A DNA stretch of 64,000 nt from Deltaproteobacteria bacterium (GTDB lineage: Bacteria > Myxococcota_A > UBA9160 > SMWR01). The notes beneath the pieces were generated by a model, which worked only from the letters and a program-made list of their open reading frames with translations, was not told the DNA's origin and ran no database searches. The DNA lies in NCBI GenBank assembly GCA_031405455.1, contig JANNIY010000130.1, positions 974 through 64,973 of the forward strand, read 5' to 3'. Below, piece after piece: positions 1-6,660 of the stretch. Both the position numbers and the translations under genes were made by a program. How positions within the stretch are numbered: position 1 is the first letter of the stretch; each line of letters opens with the position of its first letter.

Positions 1-188
1 CGCGCGTCTCGCGCAGGCGGCTGCTGCGAACGGCACTCCAGGCGGGAGCGCTGCTCGCGCTCACGCCGGGTGTGGGACTTTCAATCGTTGCCGAAGTGCT
101 GACCCCGGACGAGCTGCGCGCCTTCGACCAGCTCGCCTTGCGCCTCACACGCCTGCGCGGCGATCCACTGGCCGCCGCCTCCGCTTGA
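1..188 (+). CDS. 3' end of a hypothetical protein (start outside window) with a twin-arginine-like signal
   Basis: Reading frame 3 gives RVSRRRLLRTALQAGALLALTPGVGLSIVAEVLTPDELRAFDQLALRLTRLRGDPLAAASA, then TGA at 186-188. SRRRLL plus a hydrophobic stretch looks Tat-signal-like. It is absent from the ORF track because the start is off-window. Confidence 0.35.
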   Translation, partial: RVSRRRLLRTALQAGALLALTPGVGLSIVAEVLTPDELRAFDQLALRLTRLRGDPLAAASA

Positions 189-251
189 TTTTCGGCATTC
201 CTTCCAGGCGCGAAGCCGGATCCTGCGGATGCAAACGCCTGCCGCGCAGGG

Positions 252-1667
252 CTAGGAAGCCTGCGCGGGCGGCGTCGAGCGGACGCTGCGCTCGGCGCGC
301 CGGTAGAGCGTCTTGCGATCGATGCCCAGGATGCGAGCGGCCCGCACCTTGTTGCCGCCCGTGAGTTGCAGGATTTCGTCGATGTAGCGCTCTTCCACCT
401 CGCGCAGCGAGAGGCGCTTCTCGCCGGCCGCGCGTAGGAAGGCAGCGACCGGAGGCGTGTCCGACACGGTCGCAACCGCTCCGAGCGGCAGGTCCGCCGC
501 GCCGAGTTCGACGCCATCGCAGAGCGCGAGCGAGCGCTCGATCACGTTCTCGAGCTCGCGCGCGTTGCCCTTCCACGCACACGCCGCCAGCCGCTGCATG
601 GCTTCCGGCGACACCGTCCGGCGGGCACCGTCTCCGTGCCGATGCAGGAAGTATTCGACCAGCGCCGGAATGTCCTCGGGACGCTCCCGCAGCGGTGGGA
701 TGTACAGCGGAATTACGTTCAATCGATAGAAGAGATCCTCGCGGAAGCGGCCCTCCTCGATCTCGACTGCCAGATCCTTGTTCGTCGCCGCGACGATTCG
801 CACGTCGACTTTCACCGACTGCGTGCTTCCTACGGCGCGGATTTCGCGGTCCTGGATCACGCGCAGCAGCTTGCCCTGGAGGCCGAGCCCCATGTCGCCG
901 ATCTCATCGAGGAAGAGTGTGCCTCCATTCGCCTTCTCGAACAGACCCTGCTTGGAAGCGTGGGCACCGGTGAACGCGCCGCGCACGTGCCCGAACAGCT
1001 CGCTCTCGAGCAGACCTTCCGGTATCGCCGTGCAGTTGATCGGAATGAAAGGCTTGTCGGCGCGGCTGCCATGGAAATGCAGGGTGCGCGCGACGACCTC
1101 CTTGCCGGTTCCGCTCTCGCCTGTGATCAGCACCGAGCTGCGACCGTGCGCGATCTTGCGGATCAACGCGAAGATCTCCTGCATCGCGGGACTCTTTCCG
1201 ATCAGGTCGCCAAACGCGCTCGTGCGATCGACGGCGCGGCGCAAGCGACGGTTCTCGTCCTCGAGCGCACGCTGCTGGAGCGCGCGATCGACCGCGAACA
1301 TCACGACTTCAGGCTCGAAGGGTTTGGCGATGTAATCGAAGGCGCCGGCGCGCATCGCCTCGACGGCAGAGTCGATGCTGCCGAAGGCCGTCATCACGAT
1401 CGCGGGGGTCTCCGGTCGCAGCCGGTGCAGCTCGCCGATCAGCTCGATGCCGCTGCGCCCGGGCATGCGCACGTCGGTCAGCACGATGCCGAAGTCCAGC
1501 TCGCGGGCCAGGTCGAGCGCCGCGCCTGCGGAAGCTGCCTCGCGCACGTCGAAGCCGCGGTCGCGGAACAGGGACGCGAGCATCTGCCGCATCGCGACGT
1601 CGTCGTCCACCACGAGAAGGGTTCGGTTGGGGTCCATTGCTCCAATCATGAGCACATGCCGTGCCAT
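252..1667 (-). CDS. Sigma-54-dependent response regulator (NtrC family: REC + AAA+ + Fis-type HTH)
   Basis: REC N-terminus LLVVDDD...VLTDVRMPG. Walker A is GESGTGKE and the sigma-54 contact loop is GAFTGA. The C-terminal HTH is GNKVRAARILGIDRKTLYRR. Start is ambiguous: ATG at 1667, 1646 or 1637 (MDPNRTLLVVDDD). Confidence 0.93.
   Translation of the reverse strand: MARHVLMIGAMDPNRTLLVVDDDVAMRQMLASLFRDRGFDVREAASAGAALDLARELDFGIVLTDVRMPGRSGIELIGELHRLRPETPAIVMTAFGSIDSAVEAMRAGAFDYIAKPFEPEVVMFAVDRALQQRALEDENRRLRRAVDRTSAFGDLIGKSPAMQEIFALIRKIAHGRSSVLITGESGTGKEVVARTLHFHGSRADKPFIPINCTAIPEGLLESELFGHVRGAFTGAHASKQGLFEKANGGTLFLDEIGDMGLGLQGKLLRVIQDREIRAVGSTQSVKVDVRIVAATNKDLAVEIEEGRFREDLFYRLNVIPLYIPPLRERPEDIPALVEYFLHRHGDGARRTVSPEAMQRLAACAWKGNARELENVIERSLALCDGVELGAADLPLGAVATVSDTPPVAAFLRAAGEKRLSLREVEERYIDEILQLTGGNKVRAARILGIDRKTLYRRAERSVRSTPPAQAS
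1651..1666 (-). promoter_or_regulatory. Sigma-54 type -24/-12 match (site A) at the 5' end of the activator gene
   Basis: The minus strand reads TGGCACGGCATGTGCT (GG and GC 10 nt apart, as in TGGCAC-N5-TTGCW). The -12 C lies 15 nt upstream of the ATG at 1637. The site would be intragenic if the ATG at 1667 is used. Confidence 0.35.
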
Positions 1668-1767
1668 CGGCGACGACGCCCGAGAAAGCCGTACAGCCTG
1701 TTTCTCTGCACCTTCAGGCAACAGCCAGGGTCATTATGCCACAGTTTTGATAACAGGCGGGCCCGCC

Positions 1768-2790
1768 TCAGAACCGGTAGCCGACCTCGAGCCACCCGAG
1801 AGCGGCCGGCCCAGCGTCGACCGTATCGGCGTCGCCGCCGTGCTCGGCCTCCACTCGCCACTGCTGATAGACGACCGAACCCGCGCCCGCGGCGATCCGC
1901 CAGCGCTTCGTGGGAGACCAACGCAAGCCGACCAGCACGGGAACCCGGCGCTGGCGAAGCGTCGGCGCGCCCAGCGCGGCGCCGCGATCGTCGAGGAGGT
2001 GGGAATTGGATTCGTAGCGAGCGCGCAGCTGAAGCTCCAGCTTGGGATGCAGATCCACTCCGAACAACAGGCCCGCACCGTTCGACTTGAGCCGCATGTC
2101 ATCGCGGATCTTCCAACGAAAGCCGAACACGGGCTGGATGCTCACGCCGCCCTTCGCGAGGCGCGATCCGACTTCGACGCCGAGCGCGAGCGAAAACCGC
2201 GGGTTGAGCTCGAATCCCACGCCGACGGCCCCGGAGCCCTTCGCAGCGTCCGCGACCTGCGCCCCCTCCTCCCAACTCAGCCTGGCGCGTCCCTCGCCAA
2301 AGACCGACCAGCGCGGGTCGATCTCGTAAACCCCCCCGAGCCCGACTTCGAAGCCGTATAGCTCCTCGAAGAGATCGCCTCCGCCGAGGTCCGCCGCCAG
2401 CTCGCTGCGATCGCCGTCGTAGCCATAGAACCAGGCCTGGCCCGCGGTGCTCAATCGCAGCGCGAACGCCCTGGAAACCGGCACCTCCACACTCAGCCCG
2501 AACTCGGAGCGCAGCTCGTTGGCATCCGCCGGCCCGAAATCGGCGAGCACCGACAAGGTCTCCTCGGTGTAGCTGCGCACCCGCGTCTTGGACAACCCGA
2601 TCGAAACGAGCTCCACGATGTCGTCGGGCAACGGTGCGTCCCGCTCGTCCGCGTCGGGTTCGCCGCCAGAAGCAGCCGCGCCGAATGGGAGCCATAGCCA
2701 CACGACGATCCATGCGGTCCACCGAACACGCAGGCGCCAGGTTCGAGCGAGCGGATGCGCTTGCGCTGGACGCTTCAGCAGGTCTCGCAT
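1768..2790 (-). CDS. Hypothetical outer-membrane beta-barrel protein
   Basis: N-terminal hydrophobic signal WIVVWLWLPFGAAASG. Alternating amphipathic strands rich in G/Y/R/E follow. The C-terminus EVGYRF ends in the aromatic residue typical of OMPs. Confidence 0.6.
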   Translation of the reverse strand: MRDLLKRPAQAHPLARTWRLRVRWTAWIVVWLWLPFGAAASGGEPDADERDAPLPDDIVELVSIGLSKTRVRSYTEETLSVLADFGPADANELRSEFGLSVEVPVSRAFALRLSTAGQAWFYGYDGDRSELAADLGGGDLFEELYGFEVGLGGVYEIDPRWSVFGEGRARLSWEEGAQVADAAKGSGAVGVGFELNPRFSLALGVEVGSRLAKGGVSIQPVFGFRWKIRDDMRLKSNGAGLLFGVDLHPKLELQLRARYESNSHLLDDRGAALGAPTLRQRRVPVLVGLRWSPTKRWRIAAGAGSVVYQQWRVEAEHGGDADTVDAGPAALGWLEVGYRF

Positions 2791-2947
2791 GGCTGCGACG
2801 CAGCCTCCCTGCCTGTCACGTTATCCTCTTCTCACTGCCCGAGTGCAAGCAGGCAGCGGCGTGGGCGCAGAGGAGCTCGCTCCGGCTACGCTGCAGATCG
2901 CAGTCGGCCCCATTCTCGAACGGCGTACACCCGCGGAGGCGATTCCG

Positions 2948-3418
2948 ATGAACCGATGCAGCATGGCCACATCCGATGGAACGCGCAGCCCGTCGGAGCC
3001 GGCCCGGATTCGACTCCAGGCGCCGCTGCGCCGCTCGCTCGCACTTGCCGCCAGCTTGCTCGCCATCGGGTGCTCGACCCGCCAGGTCGAGGAGCCGGCG
3101 GGACGCGAAGTCTATCTGCGCCACTGCGCCGCCTGTCACGGCGACGCCGGGAAAGGCGACGGGCCGGTGGCGATCTCCCTGCGACAGCCGCCGTCGGATC
3201 TGACCACGATCGCCCGCCGCAACGGCGGCAGCTTCGACGAGCGGCGCGTGATGCAGGTGATCGATGGGCGCTCGCTCGTCGCGGCGCATGGCACGCGAAG
3301 CATGCCCGTGTGGGGCATCGTCTTCGAAGACGAACTCGAGGGCGAGCCGTATTCTGGATACACCTCGCTCCTGCGCTCGCGCAATCTGACGGATTATCTG
3401 CGTTCGATTCAGCAGTAG
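2948..3418 (+). CDS. c-type cytochrome lipoprotein (monohaem)
   Basis: ATG at 2948, lipobox LLAIGC, haem motif CAACH and a distal MPVWG. It is a paralogue of the CDS at 48679-49098. Confidence 0.8.
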   Translation: MNRCSMATSDGTRSPSEPARIRLQAPLRRSLALAASLLAIGCSTRQVEEPAGREVYLRHCAACHGDAGKGDGPVAISLRQPPSDLTTIARRNGGSFDERRVMQVIDGRSLVAAHGTRSMPVWGIVFEDELEGEPYSGYTSLLRSRNLTDYLRSIQQ

Positions 3419-3547
3419 TCCGGGTGGGGCGCACGCATCGGCTCGGAGACTCCCCGCGCCTGGCGGGATTCCCGTTGCGCCCCGCACCGGTCTGGGGCGG
3501 TTGTCGTCAGTTCGCGCGCTGCGCGTGCATGCGCTGACACCGCACGG

Positions 3548-3563
3548 CGGTACGCTCGTTGCA
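3548..3563 (+). promoter_or_regulatory. Sigma-54 type -24/-12 match (site B, GGTAC variant)
   Basis: CGGTACGCTCGTTGCA has a perfect TTGCA -12 element and correct spacing. The -12 C is 15 nt upstream of the ATG at 3577. Confidence 0.4.
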
Positions 3564-3576
3564 GGGGTGAAGCGGC

Positions 3577-4725
3577 ATGCGCGACGCTTCTCCCCTGCGT
3601 CCCCGGGCGCTCCCCGAGTTCGCAGACGTGCGCTCCCTTGCCGACCCTCGTCGGGGCCCTCTCGTCTCGCTCTACCTGCCGTTGCTGCGCGGCTTTCCGC
3701 ACGTGCGGCAGAACGCAGCCGCCTACCAGGGCGCCGTCGCGGAAGCCGAACTCCGACTCCAAGCCGCTGGCCTGTCCCCAGGCGAGGCCGCAGCCTCCGG
3801 CGAACAGCTCGCCGCCGTCGAAACGGATCTCCGGCGCTTCGAGCGCCGCGCGGCAGGCGTCGCCGTCTTTCGCGACCGCGCAACCCTTCACGCCTATGGC
3901 CTTCAGCAGGAGCCCGCGCGCTGCGTGATGGTTGCGGACAACTTTGCCCTGCGTCCGCTGCTGGCGGCCGTGCACCGCGACCGGCGCTACCACGTACTCG
4001 CGCTGTCGACGAATCGCGTTGCACTGTTCAAGGGGGATGCCTTCGGGCTGGCGACGATCCTGGCGCAGGGTGTACCCGCAAGCTTGGAGGATGCACTGGG
4101 GACCGAGCTGACCGCCAAGGAGCTACGCGTCAGTGGAACCCAAGCGGGCGCTGCCTCGCCGCGCTACTTCAGCCACGACAGCGGCCGCGACGAGCGCAAG
4201 CTCGATCTCAAGCGCTTTCATCTGCGAATCGCGCGCGCGATCGAGGCAGAACTCGTGGGCTGCGATGAGCCCCTCATCCTGGTCGCGGCACAAGCTCACC
4301 ATTCGGGATTGCGCGCCGCGCTGCGCCTGCCGTGCCTGCTTCCCACGGGTGTGGAGACCAGCCCAGATCATCTTTCGACGAGCGACCTGCACGCGCGTAC
4401 CTGGCCGCTCGTCGACGACGCCAGCGACGCAGAAGACGCGGCACTGGCGAGCGAGTACGAGGGCTTCGTCGCTCGCGGCAAGGGTCTGCACCGCATCAGC
4501 GACGTCGCGGCGGCCTCCGCTGCCGGGCGCGTACACCGGCTCTGGGTGACTCGCGACGAACGTCTGCCGGGGGCGATCGATCCCGCGAGCGGCGTGCTCG
4601 TCGGAGGCCGCCCCGAGGAGGACGTGCTCGACGGCATCGTCAGCCTGGTGCTGCGCCACGGCGGCGACGTGATCGTCAGCCGCTGCGTCCCGTCCGGCTC
4701 GAGCGTCGCAGCGGAGCTGCGCTGA
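3577..4725 (+). CDS. baeRF3-like protein (bacterial archaeo-eukaryotic release-factor family)
   Basis: 382 aa. Recalled family hallmarks are present: GPLVSLYLP near the N-terminus, RRYHVLALSTNRVALFKG in the middle, PLILVAAQ, and an acidic C-terminal domain. No database search was possible, so the family assignment is from memory. Confidence 0.6.
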   Translation: MRDASPLRPRALPEFADVRSLADPRRGPLVSLYLPLLRGFPHVRQNAAAYQGAVAEAELRLQAAGLSPGEAAASGEQLAAVETDLRRFERRAAGVAVFRDRATLHAYGLQQEPARCVMVADNFALRPLLAAVHRDRRYHVLALSTNRVALFKGDAFGLATILAQGVPASLEDALGTELTAKELRVSGTQAGAASPRYFSHDSGRDERKLDLKRFHLRIARAIEAELVGCDEPLILVAAQAHHSGLRAALRLPCLLPTGVETSPDHLSTSDLHARTWPLVDDASDAEDAALASEYEGFVARGKGLHRISDVAAASAAGRVHRLWVTRDERLPGAIDPASGVLVGGRPEEDVLDGIVSLVLRHGGDVIVSRCVPSGSSVAAELR

Positions 4726-4807
4726 TCCCATCCGCCCCGCCGCGCCGCCAGCACGGGACCTTCTGTCTCGCTCCGGACTCCGTGCGTGCCGTGCGTTCAT
4801 CTCGAAA

Positions 4808-4823
4808 CGGCACGCGTCTTGCT
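4808..4823 (+). promoter_or_regulatory. Sigma-54 type -24/-12 match (site C)
   Basis: CGGCACGCGTCTTGCT lies 50 nt upstream of the ATG at 4872. A strong SD (GGAGGGGAGAG) sits between them. Confidence 0.6.
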
Positions 4824-4871
4824 CCTCTACGCGGAGAGCGCAGCCAATCGCCTGCGCCAGGAGGGGAGAGC

Positions 4872-5078
4872 ATGCATCGCTCCGAAAGCGACCAGGGAAC
4901 CTCTTGCGCGGACTGCGGAGCGGCAGTTCTTGCGGGTGCGGAGGCCGGCTTCGACTTCGCTGAGGATGCCACGCTGTGCGCGAGCTGCGCGGCAAGGCGC
5001 GGTGGCTCCTACGACGCCCATCAGGAGCGCTGGGTGCGTCCGCCGCGAATCGCTGACCTCCTCGACGAGCCGCGCTGA
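4872..5078 (+). CDS. Small hypothetical protein with a CxxC...CxxC (Zn-ribbon-like) motif
   Basis: 68 aa: MHRSESDQGTSCADCGAAV...LCASCAARRG. The SD GGAGGGGAGAG is upstream. It lies inside the longer track ORF 4332-5078. Confidence 0.5.
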   Translation: MHRSESDQGTSCADCGAAVLAGAEAGFDFAEDATLCASCAARRGGSYDAHQERWVRPPRIADLLDEPR

Positions 5079-5122
5079 GCTGCGGCGCAAGCCAACGGCT
5101 TGCTGGGAACTCACCGAAGCAG

Positions 5123-5401
5123 GTGCAATCGGTGATGTCGCCCGAAGTACACACCTACAGGCCCGGCGATTCCATCGAAGACGTCGAGGCGACCCTGCGT
5201 CGCGCCCGGATCCGCCGTCTGCCCGTGGTCGACGAAGCCAAGCAACTGGTCGGAATCGTCTCGCTATCGGATTTGGCGCGGGCCGCGGCCCACTGTCGCC
5301 AGCAGAAGAAGCCCGCGGTCGGCGAGGCTGCCGTCGCGGAGACGCTCGCAGCCATCTGCCAGCCGCGGGAAACGGCGCCCCCTGAAGGCGCTGGAGACTG
5401 A
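5123..5401 (+). CDS. CBS domain protein (only one clear CBS repeat)
   Basis: VMSPEVHTYRPGDSIEDVEATLRRARIRRLPVVDEAKQLVGIVSLSDLARAA is a canonical single CBS motif. At 92 aa it is about half the usual CBS pair. Confidence 0.7.
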   Translation: MQSVMSPEVHTYRPGDSIEDVEATLRRARIRRLPVVDEAKQLVGIVSLSDLARAAAHCRQQKKPAVGEAAVAETLAAICQPRETAPPEGAGD

Positions 5402-5475
5402 GTCCAGCCCTTGCAAAACGCCAGGGCGAAGAGCACGCTCCGGCCGGGTTTTTCAACCATTGGAGGGAGTTTTAG

Positions 5476-5742
5476 ATGCGACGAGAACTAATCGCCGGCG
5501 CTGTCGCGGTAGGGATGCTCGGATTGGCGGGCTGCGCGACCAATGGCGACGTGGAAAAGATCAACAGCCGGCTCGATGCGCTCGACCAGCGAGTCGCGGG
5601 CGTCGAGACCGCTGCGCGCAACGCCGAGAGCCGCGCCACCGCCGCCGAGCAGGCTGCGGCCGACGCGCGGCGTGCCGCGCAGGCCGCCGAGGACTCGGCC
5701 CGCAAGTCCGAAGCGATCTTCCAGAAGCGGATCTCGAAGTAG
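5476..5742 (+). CDS. Braun-lipoprotein-like (Lpp-like) alanine-zipper lipoprotein
   Basis: SD GGAGGGAG is followed by the ATG. The signal carries lipobox LAGC. An Ala/Gln/Arg-rich coiled coil follows and the protein ends in a C-terminal Lys (KRISK), parallel to E. coli Lpp (LAGC...YRK). Confidence 0.85.
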   Translation: MRRELIAGAVAVGMLGLAGCATNGDVEKINSRLDALDQRVAGVETAARNAESRATAAEQAAADARRAAQAAEDSARKSEAIFQKRISK

Positions 5743-6660
5743 CCGACCCATTGGAGCGGTCTCTGGCGGCGGCAGCGTGCCCACCCGGGTGGGCACGCCG
5801 TTCGCGCGCGCGATCACACGCCGCACGGCAGCGATGTCTACGCGCTCGCCAAGACCGAGCGCTCGAGGCGTTTCGAGCGCCGCCGCCAGGGGGTCGGAGA
5901 TCCGACTGTAGACGTCCGGGTGCGCCTCGAGGAGCAGCTGGTCGCCTTCGCGCCCCCATTTGTACGGCTGGTAGACCAGCTGTAGCCGGGTACCCTCGCG
6001 AACGCGATCGTAGAGTCGGACGATGTCCTCCTCGTAGAATCGGACACAGCCGTGCGTCGCAATGCGCCCGATCGACCAGCGGACGTTGGTGCCGTGGAGC
6101 CCGTAGCTCGACGTCCCGATCGTCATCCAACGACTGCCGAGCGGGTTGTCGGGCCCGGGTGGAACGACGGCGGGGAGTTCGGGCTTGACCGCGCGAATCG
6201 ACGCCGGCACCCGCCACTCCGGCTCGCTGCGCTTCGCTCCGACGCGGTATTCGCCGACGGGCGTCGGATCGTCGGCATCGCCGATCGCCACGGCGAACAC
6301 CTCGGGGCCGTCCTCGACGCCGAAATCGTAGAGACGCATTTCCGGGATGTTCACGACGAGGCCCGCGGGCACCGCCTGCGGCAGCAGATAGCGCGTGGGG
6401 AGCCGCACGACCGTGCCGGGGTCGGGGATCCACGGGTCGAGGCCGGGATTCAACCGCGACACCGCTTCGAAGCCGAGCCGATGGCGCGCGGCGACGTCGA
6501 GCAACGTATCGTCGGGCAGCACGAAATCCGTCTGCACGACGCCCAGCGGCGGACGCAGAGCCGCGTAGACGTCGACTTCGGTTTCGCCCGCCGGGGGCGC
6601 GGCGCTCGCGCGCGCGGCGATCAGCAGCAAGGCGAGCGCCAGCCCGGGCGCCTGCCTGCG
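5488..6660 (-). CDS. L,D-transpeptidase with LysM-like + YkuD domains (ErfK/YbiS/YcfS architecture)
   Basis: LysM-like segment DTLLDVAARHRLGFEAVSRLNPGLDPWIPDPGTVVRLP. The YkuD core is SYGLHGTNVRWSIGRIATHGCVRF. The signal-like segment is RRQAPGLALALLLIAARASA. The 5' end is unresolved because no ATG/GTG/TTG lies near the signal. The frame has no stop before 5488. Confidence 0.8.
   Translation of the reverse strand, partial: RRQAPGLALALLLIAARASAAPPAGETEVDVYAALRPPLGVVQTDFVLPDDTLLDVAARHRLGFEAVSRLNPGLDPWIPDPGTVVRLPTRYLLPQAVPAGLVVNIPEMRLYDFGVEDGPEVFAVAIGDADDPTPVGEYRVGAKRSEPEWRVPASIRAVKPELPAVVPPGPDNPLGSRWMTIGTSSYGLHGTNVRWSIGRIATHGCVRFYEEDIVRLYDRVREGTRLQLVYQPYKWGREGDQLLLEAHPDVYSRISDPLAAALETPRALGLGERVDIAAVRRVIARANGVPTRVGTLPPPETAPMGRLLRDPLLEDRFGLAGRVLGGLRGTPRVGRSLLGGGGAALGVARSGLDARDSLVERIEPAVDLFHVAIGRAARQSEHPYRDSAGD
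5774..5797. terminator. Perfect 24-nt palindrome between convergent lpp-like and ldt genes
   Basis: GCGTGCCCACCCGGGTGGGCACGC lies 32 nt after the lpp-like stop. There is no U-tract, so it could be a bidirectional hairpin terminator or a protein-binding palindrome. Confidence 0.5.

Noticed and set aside
1757-1768. Short GC palindromes such as GGCGGGCCCGCC (1757-1768) and CCCCCAAAAGGGGG (26044-26057), considered as terminators.
   Set aside because: The stems are 5-6 bp with no U-tract and are common by chance in GC-rich DNA.
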